Source: a virus. From it: 64,000 nucleotides of DNA. The stretch is from IMG/VR virus record IMGVR_UViG_2937877337_000001, positions 9,026 to 73,025 of that record, one strand, 5' to 3'. Below are positions 33,861-44,064 of this stretch, in pieces. The position numbers and the translations under genes were made by a program. The notes beneath the pieces were generated by a model that was given only the letters and a program-made list of their open reading frames with translations, was not told the origin of the DNA and made no database searches. Numbering within the stretch: the stretch's first letter is position 1; the number at the start of each line of letters is the position of its first letter.

Positions 33861-34991
33861 ATGCACACGGCCTACAGCAATCCAGACCCCGCGAAGACAG
33901 ATCAGCTTGATGGCTTGCGTTTTTTCGCTTTTGCCGCAGTGTTCTTCTTCCATTTCCAACCTTCGCCTGAATATTCGTCCGTGCTTATGTTTCAAAAGCA
34001 GGGCTGGGTCGGCGTCGAAGTGTTTTTCGCTTTGTCGGCATTCCTGCTTTTCCGATTGTTCGAGCAGGAACAGCGACGCAACGGCAGGATCAGTTTCTCG
34101 CGATTCTATGCGAGACGCCTGCTGCGCATTTATCCATTGATGATCCTTTTCCCGATCGCCATGCTCCTGGCCTACGGAGCACAAGGCGCGGAGGCATACG
34201 GGTGGCTGCTCAGCCTCGCCTCGTTCGTCAGCAACTATCTCTACTGGTTTCCAGAAAAGGCTCGCTCCATAACCAACACCGGCCACTTGTGGACGCTCTC
34301 CTACGAGTTCCAAATCTACCTGGTTCTCCCGATGCTGTTCCTCACCTATCGAGCCATCGGCACAAGGGCATTCATGCTTGCCCTATTGTGCGTCTTGCCG
34401 GTGTGCTTTCTCGGCCGTGCTTCGTTTGCACTCAGTGGGATGTCCGTCCAGTGGGTCTATGTGACGCCCATGCTCAGGCCAGAATCAACGGTGGCAGGTC
34501 TTCTGGTCGCTCTTGGGCTGGGGCGCAATCTACCAATTCCCGTTGTAAGCATTGCCTTCCTGGCAAGCTGCGCCGGTCTCGTTCTGCTCCCCGATATGCA
34601 CACCCAACTCGGCTCGGTTTTCGTCTATCTCACCGCCGCGATCTTCACAGGATCGCTGTTGCACCTGGCACTCTATGCCAAAGCCTTTGCGCAACTCCTA
34701 CGCTGGCGCCCCCTCGCGTACCTTGGAAGAATCTCGTTCGGCCTATACGTCTTTCATCTATGGGCCTTTGTTGAAGGAATGAGCCTGCTTCGCATGACGC
34801 CCATTCCAGAGAATTACGCTACTCGATGCCTGGCGGGCATGTCGCTCTGCATCGTGGCCGCGACGGTCAGTTATTACCTACTCGAACGCCCAATTCTGCG
34901 TTTGAAGCCTCGCGCTCAGTCGGCGAAGATCACGGTCGGATCGCCGCCGATCAGCGCAAGCATTGCCAGGGCTGTCGGATCGGTTGAGTAG
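33861..34991 (+). CDS. acyltransferase family 3 (OafA/Oac-like O-antigen O-acetyltransferase) integral membrane protein
   Basis: LDGLRFFAFAAVFFFH and about 10 TM helices typical of Acyl_transf_3. Confidence 0.75.
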   Translation: MHTAYSNPDPAKTDQLDGLRFFAFAAVFFFHFQPSPEYSSVLMFQKQGWVGVEVFFALSAFLLFRLFEQEQRRNGRISFSRFYARRLLRIYPLMILFPIAMLLAYGAQGAEAYGWLLSLASFVSNYLYWFPEKARSITNTGHLWTLSYEFQIYLVLPMLFLTYRAIGTRAFMLALLCVLPVCFLGRASFALSGMSVQWVYVTPMLRPESTVAGLLVALGLGRNLPIPVVSIAFLASCAGLVLLPDMHTQLGSVFVYLTAAIFTGSLLHLALYAKAFAQLLRWRPLAYLGRISFGLYVFHLWAFVEGMSLLRMTPIPENYATRCLAGMSLCIVAATVSYYLLERPILRLKPRAQSAKITVGSPPISASIARAVGSVE

Positions 34992-35356
34992 ATATCAGTG
35001 CGGGCGTTCCAGCGTTCCTGCGTATAGAGATCGGCAGCTTCGAGTACCGTTTTGGCTGCGGTGAGTAGTCCCGCTGTGTGTAGCCTGTCGATGATTAAGC
35101 GTTTTGGCACGAGCCGTGGCGGTTTCTGGTCTGCCGGCAAGCCTTCGGGGAAGCGTGTACGCAAGACCTCCCAAAGCTCACTTTCGCTGGCGATCCGGGT
35201 AGGTACGACATCGACCAAATCGCTCGAAAGACAGCCGGCGTTTAACGCGTCATCGACCGTGAGAAACATATCTGCCGGCAAAACGACGTAGGCCGCAGCC
35301 TCGCTCGACCATACGCGGCTCTCGTCCGCGCCGACGATCCAAAATTGACGCATCAT
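34916..35356 (-). CDS. hypothetical protein (146 aa), possible tail-fibre assembly/chaperone
   Basis: Trimmed to the MM at 35356. Immediately 3' of the tail fibre gene. 3' end overlaps the convergent acyltransferase by 75 nt. Confidence 0.45.
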   Translation of the reverse strand: MMRQFWIVGADESRVWSSEAAAYVVLPADMFLTVDDALNAGCLSSDLVDVVPTRIASESELWEVLRTRFPEGLPADQKPPRLVPKRLIIDRLHTAGLLTAAKTVLEAADLYTQERWNARTDIYSTDPTALAMLALIGGDPTVIFAD

Positions 35357-35363
35357 GACCCCT

Positions 35364-36776
35364 CTAATTGTAAAGGCCGAACGGCGTAACGCTCGGATTT
35401 GTGCCCGTGCCAGCAGCATTCCCAGGTAGATAGGAAGTGCCGGCGTTGTTGGTGTTGATGACGCCGTTCAAAGCTGCATTATATCGCGATCCTGTCGCGC
35501 TGCCCACAAACGTATTCACTGGAACGTTGATGTATCCGCCGAAGGCGTTGGCAAATTGGGTGCCGAAAGCCGGTGTCCCAGTGATGGTGATGGTCTTGCC
35601 AACACAGGCGACGAGGCCGTATGCTTCTGCCCACCAGTGCTTTGATGCCGCCCCGGTAATGTTGTAATTGGCATTTACGGTGATCGCTGCGTCATTGTCG
35701 GCCAGCATGTGACCGCCAGCGCAGGCGCCAAAGTCCATCTTGCCATCAATAGTAATCTGACTTTTGTTAGTCGCCCAAATACATTGACCGGACGTTGCTG
35801 TCTGGAGCTTGACACCACTAATCGAAAGTCGGACACCAACGCCACTAGTTGAAAAACATGTGTTGCCAGTTGTCGACACTATGACGTTCGAGGGCGTTGT
35901 CGGATCGCCGACGACGTAAACCAACCCGCCCACGAACGGACTTATAACGTTAACAGCCCCGGTATACGTTCCCGCACCGACCTGAATGTTGACGTTGAAA
36001 CCCGCCAAGTCTAGCGTGAGTGCAACATTGATCGCCTTTTGTATTGTCAGGAAGGCGCCGCCGCTACTGTCCACAAGGCCGGTATTGGCATCGTTGCCGT
36101 CTGTTCGGACATAGTAGGTCCGGTTTGCAGTCAGAACCTCGCGGCGTGCCCAACCGAGGATGGTGGCGACACTTGTTGAAAGATCACTGATCTGTTTCTG
36201 CAACTTCCCGACTGCCGACAGAACCGTGTCAGTCGCCGCAATGACACCGCCTGTCGCGACGGAAAGTCCCGTCAGAACGGCAGCCCTGACTCGCGCATCG
36301 GTATAATACTTGTTGGTTGCACCCTCGGGCACCGCGTCAGTCGAACCCGGCGAAGCGACGAGTTGGATATAGACCGAACCGCTCCAACGGTATTCGGCGT
36401 TGGTGTCGAGCGTGATGTAAATCTTGCCAGTCTCGCCGGTTCCAGGAAGCGCGGCAAAGTTAGCGAACTCCAGCACATCGTCCACGTAGGACGGCAGAAC
36501 GGCCGCCGCAATCTTGCCACTGCCGTCGAGCACCGGAACGTTGCCGGCCGACGTACCTGCGCTGAGTGCTGCGGCTGAGCCAAGCGTCGGCTTGCCGGCC
36601 AGGTCGGCATAGGCGCCCGTGGTGGCCACGGCGGCTAGTTCTGCCGAGAAGGCTGCACTGTCGGCCAGGTCCTTGATGCGGCCACGCAGATCGGCGGGAG
36701 AGATTTCCGCCGACGTGTTGTCGGGCAGAAGCGTGTCGGCGTCGCTGTTGATCTGTGCGCGAGTTCTAACGGTCAT
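35364..36776 (-). CDS. tail fibre protein (N-terminal phage-fibre motif, C-terminal Gly/Thr/Asn-rich beta-helix-like)
   Basis: N-terminus DADTLLPDNTSAEISPADLRGRIKDLADS is typical of alpha-proteobacterial phage tail fibres. Confidence 0.65.
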   Translation of the reverse strand: MTVRTRAQINSDADTLLPDNTSAEISPADLRGRIKDLADSAAFSAELAAVATTGAYADLAGKPTLGSAAALSAGTSAGNVPVLDGSGKIAAAVLPSYVDDVLEFANFAALPGTGETGKIYITLDTNAEYRWSGSVYIQLVASPGSTDAVPEGATNKYYTDARVRAAVLTGLSVATGGVIAATDTVLSAVGKLQKQISDLSTSVATILGWARREVLTANRTYYVRTDGNDANTGLVDSSGGAFLTIQKAINVALTLDLAGFNVNIQVGAGTYTGAVNVISPFVGGLVYVVGDPTTPSNVIVSTTGNTCFSTSGVGVRLSISGVKLQTATSGQCIWATNKSQITIDGKMDFGACAGGHMLADNDAAITVNANYNITGAASKHWWAEAYGLVACVGKTITITGTPAFGTQFANAFGGYINVPVNTFVGSATGSRYNAALNGVINTNNAGTSYLPGNAAGTGTNPSVTPFGLYN

Positions 36777-36788
36777 ATGCTGAATCCT

Positions 36789-39107
36789 TTAACCAAAGCC
36801 GGTGTTGAAACCAGGCGAGAAACTTGATCCGACCTGCATGGTGCGTTTCATGCCCTGCAGCGATTGCTTGCCGTCGCGCTCGGCCGTCACTGTGATGGCC
36901 AGTTGTTTGCGGCCATTCAGGTCGGCGAGCGGGATCACCTTCGACGTGCCCGTGAGCCCCGAGTAAGAGACGATCGGATTGCCGGCGAAGTCAGTGACGG
37001 TGATCTTCGTCGTCTGGCCCGCCTCGCCTGCCACGTCCGCGTCCGTCCACTTCATGGCCTGAGTGGACTCGAGAATGCGGTTGCGGTTCGACCAGGTGAC
37101 GGTGATGTCGGAGATTCCGACGCCACTGATCGCGCCGAAGGCAACGCCGTTGACCTTCACGTTCGCCGGTCGGTTGGGTTGGTACGGCCGCTCGCTCAGC
37201 GTGACGTTCACTTGCGGGGCGTCCGCAAGTGCGAGCAAGCCATTGGTCGTCCGCGTCAAAATCCAGTAGGACGCATCTTCGAAAGCCGAGCGGACGGTCG
37301 GATCGGCAACCGTGTCGCTGGCCGGAATGACGAACGCTTGCGTGCCGGCCGTCCATGCCCGTGGAATGGTGTCGAGCATCCCCCGGTTGATGTGCACACC
37401 ATCCACGTCGATCGATTGCACCGTGGCGATCTCGGTGAATTCGTCGGCTCCCGTGCCGATCATCATAAAGTCGCCTGCGGACGGAGAATATCCGCGCAGC
37501 CCGCCGAAAGTGGCGATCGTGCTCGTCGCTTCCGCCGCAAGATCAGCATCCAGTGCCCATGCGCCACGATAGGGCCGCGTGCCGAGGCTTGCCTGCGATG
37601 GCGTGCCGTTGACATCGGTGACGTTCGACACCAGGTCGAAGTTCACGTCGTCGTCGCTGTCGGGGCCGACGCTGACGGCGCTGAGCACTTCCGGGTACAC
37701 GAGTTCCGAAGGATCACTAAGGTTCAGCGCTGCTGCCGTCATGAAGGCCGGCGCGGTGCCGATTTGATAAACCGTGGCTGGCGACGGCGGAACGGAGGGA
37801 TTCACCCATCCCGTGTCGCCTGGCGTCAGGTAGCTTGCCGAGTCGAGGCCGAAGATGTCTTCGTAGAGCGACAGTTCGACGGTGTTCTCGCCCTTGCTGA
37901 CTTCGGAGACGCGGAACACGATCTGGTCGATGTTGCGTTCCGGCCAAGACAACTTCACCACGTCGCTGCTGACGGTCTTGAAGAACTCGCGCGAGACGGT
38001 CGCGGTGCACGTGGCAATCGGGTTGACCATGGTCGCGAGATCGCGATCGGCAACCTTGATGGCCAGCGCCTGGTGAGGAACGCCGTAATAGTTCTGGCCG
38101 CTGGAAACGACACCACCCTCGGCCGCGATGCCGGCCAGGTCTTGGCTCGTCACAGAGGCATCCTTGCCGGTCTCGGCATTGGTGTAGGTGACGACGACTT
38201 CGTTGGAGATGTCACCCCAAGTCTTGCGCTTGAAAGTCGACAGTTTCGCGTTGCTCGGATCGATGACGGGCAGCGTGTCAACGTCATAGTCGCCGCGCAG
38301 CAGTTTGAGCGTGTGCTTGCCGGTCGACGGATCGACGAACGCCGCGCCGCGAATATGGGTTAGAATCTCGCCGACGAACTTCCCGACTTCGCTCTGTCGG
38401 GTCCAGATCATGTTGAGGCACATGCCCTCGTCGTAGAGGGTCTGAGCGGCAGTCTCGAAGGCCGCTTTGTTGATCGCGGACGGAAGCTCGCCCATGCCCC
38501 AATCGGTATTGGTGAGGCATTCGTAGATCATGTGGCCGGGGTTCGAGGCGTATTGCTGGTTGCCGTTCGAATCGTCAGGAATGCGGATGAGCGCGATGGC
38601 CGGATTGAGGCCGATCGACGGGCGCCGTACCCGCGCTGCCAGCGCGCGCAGGTAGGGATTGTTGGCCCCGAAATAGAAGCCCGCCTTGTTGTTGGCGGGG
38701 TTGCCCATGAGGCCCATGAGAATGCCGATCGACCACCATGGCGGGTTGCTCGGCTCGGCGGCGCCCCTGATGCCCGTGAGAAAAAAGCTGGCCAGCCCTC
38801 GAAAGCCGGGGCAGGTCGCGCTGGTGAGCCCTAGCTTCTTGGCTAGTGTTTCCGGCAGCACCTGATCGGATTTGCCGGGCAGCCACCACAGCAGGCCCTT
38901 GACGCCGCCTTCTTTCTTGACGCCGCCGAACAGGTCGCCTCTGTTAATCGGGAATAGACCTTGGTCGGCGGCTGCGCCGCGCCAGAACTCCTTGTCGCCG
39001 TATTTCAAGGCGACCAGGTTCAAGCCGTCGCCGGCAGCACAGATGCCCACATGCTGGGACATCGTGTATTCGTGGATTTCGATCTTGTTATCGGATTTAC
39101 CGCCCAT
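36789..39107 (-). CDS. tail host-specificity (J-like / GTA gp15-like) protein
   Basis: 772 aa. Region LYDEGMCLNMIWTRQSEVGKFVGEILTH resembles the phage-tail_3 domain. Confidence 0.6.
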   Translation of the reverse strand: MGGKSDNKIEIHEYTMSQHVGICAAGDGLNLVALKYGDKEFWRGAAADQGLFPINRGDLFGGVKKEGGVKGLLWWLPGKSDQVLPETLAKKLGLTSATCPGFRGLASFFLTGIRGAAEPSNPPWWSIGILMGLMGNPANNKAGFYFGANNPYLRALAARVRRPSIGLNPAIALIRIPDDSNGNQQYASNPGHMIYECLTNTDWGMGELPSAINKAAFETAAQTLYDEGMCLNMIWTRQSEVGKFVGEILTHIRGAAFVDPSTGKHTLKLLRGDYDVDTLPVIDPSNAKLSTFKRKTWGDISNEVVVTYTNAETGKDASVTSQDLAGIAAEGGVVSSGQNYYGVPHQALAIKVADRDLATMVNPIATCTATVSREFFKTVSSDVVKLSWPERNIDQIVFRVSEVSKGENTVELSLYEDIFGLDSASYLTPGDTGWVNPSVPPSPATVYQIGTAPAFMTAAALNLSDPSELVYPEVLSAVSVGPDSDDDVNFDLVSNVTDVNGTPSQASLGTRPYRGAWALDADLAAEATSTIATFGGLRGYSPSAGDFMMIGTGADEFTEIATVQSIDVDGVHINRGMLDTIPRAWTAGTQAFVIPASDTVADPTVRSAFEDASYWILTRTTNGLLALADAPQVNVTLSERPYQPNRPANVKVNGVAFGAISGVGISDITVTWSNRNRILESTQAMKWTDADVAGEAGQTTKITVTDFAGNPIVSYSGLTGTSKVIPLADLNGRKQLAITVTAERDGKQSLQGMKRTMQVGSSFSPGFNTGFG

Positions 39108-39309
39108 CGCCAGTGTCCCTGGCTTGGATCATTTCCACCGCGCGATCGATCTGCGCGTCAAAGCCGTGGCCCATCAATTCGGAGGCCGACGCCCCTTCCC
39201 TGATGAACCTGGCGAAATCCACCCCGGCCGCGTCGAGATGCTTCTTGATGCCCTTGACGCAGTAGAGGACGCGAAGGTCCGCGATCGTGATGTGCGGATC
39301 ATTCGTCAT
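39097..39309 (-). CDS. hypothetical tail-module protein (70 aa)
   Basis: Trimmed to MTNDPHITIADL. ATGA-coupled. Confidence 0.4.
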   Translation of the reverse strand: MTNDPHITIADLRVLYCVKGIKKHLDAAGVDFARFIREGASASELMGHGFDAQIDRAVEMIQARDTGDGR

Positions 39310-39548
39310 GCATCGACCTGCCTGGTGGTGGTCGCCTTGTCGCCGAACCAGATGATGTTGACGCCCGTCACCCACATTTCGCCGAACACGACCGGAATGG
39401 GGCGACCACCCTCTGCCGTTGGGTTATCCATGTCGGTCACTTCCTGGGTCTTGTCGCTCTTGGGCTTCGGCATCAGCAGATAGCCGAGCACTTGCAACCC
39501 GACGCCGATGAGAAGGTTGATCAGCAATGGCAGGAGGAAGAACGGCAT
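39306..39548 (-). CDS. small N-terminally hydrophobic tail-module protein (80 aa)
   Basis: MPFFLLPLLINLLIGVGLQVLGYLL. Confidence 0.45.
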   Translation of the reverse strand: MPFFLLPLLINLLIGVGLQVLGYLLMPKPKSDKTQEVTDMDNPTAEGGRPIPVVFGEMWVTGVNIIWFGDKATTTRQVDA

Positions 39549-39571
39549 GGCACTCTCATCGCACTTTTTTG

Positions 39572-39597
39572 CGTGATTGTCACGTAAAACGTGATTT
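39572..39597. promoter_or_regulatory. motif GtCACGTaaaACGTGAtttt inside the late operon
   Basis: Perfect TCACGT-N3-ACGTGA dyad. Confidence 0.5.
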
Positions 39598-40505
39598 TAG
39601 TAGAACTGGTTCTTTTGCGAAAGAGGATTTTCCAAGGGGATGAAGGGCTGGCCGCCGTAGTTGTGAATGTTGTTGGCGACGCCCGTCACGCTGTTGGTGT
39701 GCTGGCTGCAGCCGGTCATCTGGCGGTTGCAGCCTCGGATCACCGACAGCGGCGTGCCGGGAGCCAGGCCCCGCGCTATGCCACGGATCGTGACTTCCGT
39801 GCCATCCGGGCGCACCGACGAGATCGTGCGAAGTTCCTTGCGCCCGTTGTCGGAGTTCGCCCATTCGAGCAGCCCGCCGACATAGCGATCCGCGTTCGCG
39901 ACCGCCGTATCAAGCGTGATCTTGTTTCGGGTGACGGATGCCACGGCCTTGGTAACGGTCGCCGCCGTCTTGCTGGCGCGGCACTGCGGCCCGAACAGCA
40001 CATGCGGGCACCCGACCTGGTAGTTGCGCCGCAGCCCCGGCTGCTTGATCTTGGTCGAGATCGGGAGACAGCTTAGAAGCTGCTCGTTGGTGTCGTTGTA
40101 GGCGCCTGAAACGATGCGGCCCATCCACGTCGCCGGGAAGTTTTCCTCGGTCACGGCATCGCCGATATGGCCCTCAAAGATCGTCAGGTTGACCACTTGT
40201 GACGGCGGATAGGCGAGGAACAGCGTGTCCATCTCTGGATGGCCGAATGACATGGTCACGGTGATGTCGGACTTGTCGAGCGTGCCGTCATGCGAGATGT
40301 CGCTGTTCTTGATCGGCCATGGGTCGAAGACGACGTTGACGGGATCGCCATTGTCGTCGAGCACCGGCCGCGTGATCGGCGCCTCGCCATTGTTGAAGGC
40401 GAACGGCCCGAGCGGCACGTCGTCGCTAAGGTTGGCGCCCTGGATGAGGTACAGCTTGACCGGCTGCCCGGTGTAGCGGCTTGATTCGCGCGTATCGACG
40501 GTCAT
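39597..40505 (-). CDS. DUF2163 / phage BR0599-type distal tail protein (GTA gp13-like)
   Basis: C-terminus ...NIHNYGGQPFIPLENPL matches the conserved BR0599 C-terminal signature. Trimmed to MTVDTRESS. Confidence 0.55.
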   Translation of the reverse strand: MTVDTRESSRYTGQPVKLYLIQGANLSDDVPLGPFAFNNGEAPITRPVLDDNGDPVNVVFDPWPIKNSDISHDGTLDKSDITVTMSFGHPEMDTLFLAYPPSQVVNLTIFEGHIGDAVTEENFPATWMGRIVSGAYNDTNEQLLSCLPISTKIKQPGLRRNYQVGCPHVLFGPQCRASKTAATVTKAVASVTRNKITLDTAVANADRYVGGLLEWANSDNGRKELRTISSVRPDGTEVTIRGIARGLAPGTPLSVIRGCNRQMTGCSQHTNSVTGVANNIHNYGGQPFIPLENPLSQKNQFY

Positions 40506-40516
40506 TGTAGCCCTAC

Positions 40517-42145
40517 TTAGAGATTTTGAGGCATGGCGAAGACGTAATAGCGGAGACCGAGCGGCGGCGTTGCTGGGAAGCTGCTGCCCCCGGCCCAACG
40601 CTGTGCATAGCTGACATCGTAGCTCGATCCGTTCCACTGAATGGCCACCGGATTATCACCCGACATATAGAAGTCGACGGCATCCTCGGTCGCGTGAATG
40701 TTCGCCCAACAACTGTCACAACTGGCCCGCCCTATCCACGCACCCGCGTCTGTGAACACGCGATGAAGGCCAGCCATGAGCCCGTTAGGCGAGGTTGGAG
40801 ATGGGAAGACAACAATCGTCTTGCAGAATAACTTGAATTTAGGCGACGGATTGGCGATGGACACGGTGGCCATCCGCTCTCCCTTATAGCGTTCGCTACC
40901 AGTGATGACTGTCGGGAAGTCGGTCGACCAGTTCAAGAAGCCCTCGGCCACAATCGACAGGTACGCCAGGCGACTGTCGGCGATGATGTCGTTCAGGTTC
41001 GGAGCGAGATCGGATGAACCCGGCCGCTTGATCTGCACAAAATCCTGCGTGCCGTCGTTGTCATTATAGAACACTTTCTTGCCACCAGTGGTGTAGGCGT
41101 CCTCGCTGTCGGCGAAGATAATGTAGCGAACGGTGATTGCCGTGCTGGTCCCGTTGGTAATCGTGATCTTCTGGTTCGCCACGTCGACAAAGTAAGAGAA
41201 GCCATAGTTACCGGCCGACGAGATGCCATTGTAGAAGGGCGGGTGCCAGAACTCCGCGTCCGTTTGCTTTTTGACGTGAAAGTCCATGTAGGTGAACTGC
41301 GTAATCGGCAGCGCGCAGTGGATGTCGACCGTGCCGCTGCCGGCAACATTGATGTCGCCAGCGGCCATTATTTTGGCGGGTATCTTGTTCTCGTGGAAGA
41401 CGAAGTGCTCAGGATTTGCGTCGGACACGTCGCGACCGGCCAAGGCGAGTCGGGCCGTATTTTGGTCGATGCGCATCTGTTCCTGACCTGATGCAGGCGT
41501 CGCAGAGTAATCCGGCAAAGCATCATTCCGGGCTGGCAATTGCAGAACGGATAGCTGCCACGTAAATCGCGAAATGCTCGCGTTGGTACTACTTTGCAGT
41601 GGCAGGTTATATGCCTCGCGTTGCGCTGGCGTTGCACCCGTCGAAATCATTGTCGTCTGACACGTGTATGCAACAGTGCTCAACACGTAGCCAACCAAGC
41701 CACTGTTGGTGAAATAGCTCACCGAAGGACCAGCGAATACACCGGCCGCTGCTCCGGTGCGATCTCGATACTCTACGATCGGCAAGTAGCCCCACGGCCA
41801 CCAGTCAGGGAACATAAAGAGGGTCTGCCTGCCTTGCGCGTTGTTGCTCCATTGGATCGTTGCGGCAGACGTGCCGAACGCGCTCTGGCTCGTGCTGACC
41901 ACCGTGTCGAGATCGCCATTGGCGAACGAATAGTACCGAGTAGTCCCGCCGTTGTTGTAGCGACTGTCGTAGCCCTGTTGATAGATATCGTAGACATAAC
42001 TGAGCTTTGTGCCCGCCGCCGTGTCGAGCTTAAACTTGCCGATATTGGCAGCACTCTCGTATACAAGATCGGTCGCGTAGTCATAAGCGCTCCGAAGGCA
42101 TGGAACGCCTGCGGAGTTGACTCCATATCCGAAGTTTATCGTCAT
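40517..42145 (-). CDS. tail protein (542 aa), unknown family
   Basis: Unbiased ORF in tail module. Confidence 0.55.
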   Translation of the reverse strand: MTINFGYGVNSAGVPCLRSAYDYATDLVYESAANIGKFKLDTAAGTKLSYVYDIYQQGYDSRYNNGGTTRYYSFANGDLDTVVSTSQSAFGTSAATIQWSNNAQGRQTLFMFPDWWPWGYLPIVEYRDRTGAAAGVFAGPSVSYFTNSGLVGYVLSTVAYTCQTTMISTGATPAQREAYNLPLQSSTNASISRFTWQLSVLQLPARNDALPDYSATPASGQEQMRIDQNTARLALAGRDVSDANPEHFVFHENKIPAKIMAAGDINVAGSGTVDIHCALPITQFTYMDFHVKKQTDAEFWHPPFYNGISSAGNYGFSYFVDVANQKITITNGTSTAITVRYIIFADSEDAYTTGGKKVFYNDNDGTQDFVQIKRPGSSDLAPNLNDIIADSRLAYLSIVAEGFLNWSTDFPTVITGSERYKGERMATVSIANPSPKFKLFCKTIVVFPSPTSPNGLMAGLHRVFTDAGAWIGRASCDSCWANIHATEDAVDFYMSGDNPVAIQWNGSSYDVSYAQRWAGGSSFPATPPLGLRYYVFAMPQNL

Positions 42146-44061
42146 GGGCGTTTGACCGAAATGAAGCCAACGTCGAGATCGATAGTCATCGTTCCTGTCG
42201 CACTTTGCAGTTTGCCGGTGGTCAGGACGCCCACATTGGCGGTGATGGCTGACAAGCTGGTCACGTTGAGCATTGCGGCAGTGATTGAACCGGCGACCAG
42301 GATGTTGGTGCGGAACGACGCGATATCGGCCTGCGTTGCAGTGATCGAGCCCGTCTTTATCTGTGATCCGTCGATGATCGTGCGGCCGTAGTCAGCCACC
42401 AGGTCTAGCGCACCCTTGTAGGCGGCCAGCACCACGCGATCCGACTGGAATGCCGTCGCCACGGTCGAGGTCGCGGCAAGGACCGTGGTGCCCTTCACGA
42501 AATAGACGTAGAGCGTCCCGGTGGACCAGGTGGCGTTGCCGGCCGTGATGTTGAAGGTCGCAATGTTGCCGTCGTCGCCGATGTACTTGATCGTGCCAGC
42601 GGACCAGGAAACCTTGTTGGTGGTCGGGCTGTTCGCCTGAAATTCAATCCCCTCGATCGTGAGACCGCGCTGCCCGAACACCGCCTTATCAGCGGAGATG
42701 CTGCCGGCGCTGATCATTGCGCCGTCCATGTAGGTGCCGCCGCCAGCGATCCAGTTCGACAGGGACGTGCCGCTGGAGATGTAGATTTGACCGGGCAGCA
42801 CCTTCGTCGTGCCACCGTTGACGAGCGCGCCGCCGTCGTCCAGCCGGTATGCGCCGTTGACCAGCAGCGAGCCGGTCAGGGTCGTGCCGGCCTGCAACTT
42901 TGCCGCATCCAGGTCGATGATCTTGGCGCTGCTGATAATGCCGTTCGCGATCTGCACGGTGCCGGTAATAACCGCCGAGTTGGCAACCAGTTGATTGGCG
43001 CCAATCGTCTGCGCCAGGATCAGCCCGCCGTCCTGGTATGCCTTGCCGAGTACAAGCTGGAAGTCGTTGCCGCCCTTGTAGACGCCGAGCACGATGGCGT
43101 CATTGGCGTAGAGCAGCGTCAGCGAAGTGGTCGTGGTGATTGCCGCATCGCCAGGCACGTAGCAGACGTAGGTCGTGCCCGCGATCCAATCGACTTGACC
43201 GCTCGGCAGCGCCTGCTCGGTAGGCACGTCGCCGGCCACACCATAGCTGATGCTACCAGAACTCCAAACCAGGCGATTGCCGCTCACATACTGGCCGGGC
43301 AGGAACGTGACCCCGCTCAGCGCGACCTTGATCTCGCCTCGGATTTTCCCGGTCTCGTCATTGACCGGCGCCGACCACGGCGAGGCGTTGCCGGAAGTGT
43401 CGACCGCGCGAACCCAAAAATACAGATTGGTTTCCATTGCGAGGCCGGCGCGCACGAAACTGTTCGCCAGGGTTGCGTGCGAAGGCGTGGCGCTGTCGAG
43501 CGGAGTCGTGCTGCTGGCGCTCTCGTAAATCTCGTAGCGTGCCAGATCGGCTTCCGTGTTCGCCACCCAGGTCAGCCAGATTGAATCGAGACCGGCGTTG
43601 CTGTGGAAGCCGATCGGCATGGCAGGCGGGATCGTGTCGCGAGCCGTCGTGTGGGTGACGACAGCGCAATAGATCGAGGCATTGCCGCTCTTGTCCACGG
43701 CGCGGATTTTGGCGCTGTAAGTGACGTTGGGCTTGACCGCGAGCGTGTAGGTCTCGGCGGACGTTTGAATGCCGACCCATTCGCCACTGCCTTCCTTGAT
43801 CTGCAAATCGTAATAGAGGAAGTCCGTCTCGCTGTTGAAGTCCCATGCGATGGTCAGCACCGTCGCGCCGTCCGCGACAGCCGAATCCATCACCAGGCCA
43901 GATGGCACGGCTGGTGGATCGTGGTCGAACATGGAAGCGAGTTCTTCCGGGCTCACCGAACCGAGGGAGCCGGCCGCCGCGCCAGCGATCAGCAGATTGA
44001 TCTTTTCCCTGACGCTCAGGCCGGGTTCGCCGTTCTCGATCGGTGCAATGGAAACCGGCAT
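42142..44061 (-). CDS. tail protein with two fibronectin type III-like domains (639 aa)
   Basis: YDLQIKEGSGEWVGIQTS...YSAKIRAVDKSGNAS and YEIYES...LYFWVRAVDTSGNASPWS FN3-like repeats. Confidence 0.55.
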   Translation of the reverse strand: MPVSIAPIENGEPGLSVREKINLLIAGAAAGSLGSVSPEELASMFDHDPPAVPSGLVMDSAVADGATVLTIAWDFNSETDFLYYDLQIKEGSGEWVGIQTSAETYTLAVKPNVTYSAKIRAVDKSGNASIYCAVVTHTTARDTIPPAMPIGFHSNAGLDSIWLTWVANTEADLARYEIYESASSTTPLDSATPSHATLANSFVRAGLAMETNLYFWVRAVDTSGNASPWSAPVNDETGKIRGEIKVALSGVTFLPGQYVSGNRLVWSSGSISYGVAGDVPTEQALPSGQVDWIAGTTYVCYVPGDAAITTTTSLTLLYANDAIVLGVYKGGNDFQLVLGKAYQDGGLILAQTIGANQLVANSAVITGTVQIANGIISSAKIIDLDAAKLQAGTTLTGSLLVNGAYRLDDGGALVNGGTTKVLPGQIYISSGTSLSNWIAGGGTYMDGAMISAGSISADKAVFGQRGLTIEGIEFQANSPTTNKVSWSAGTIKYIGDDGNIATFNITAGNATWSTGTLYVYFVKGTTVLAATSTVATAFQSDRVVLAAYKGALDLVADYGRTIIDGSQIKTGSITATQADIASFRTNILVAGSITAAMLNVTSLSAITANVGVLTTGKLQSATGTMTIDLDVGFISVKRP

Positions 44062-44064
44062 CGC

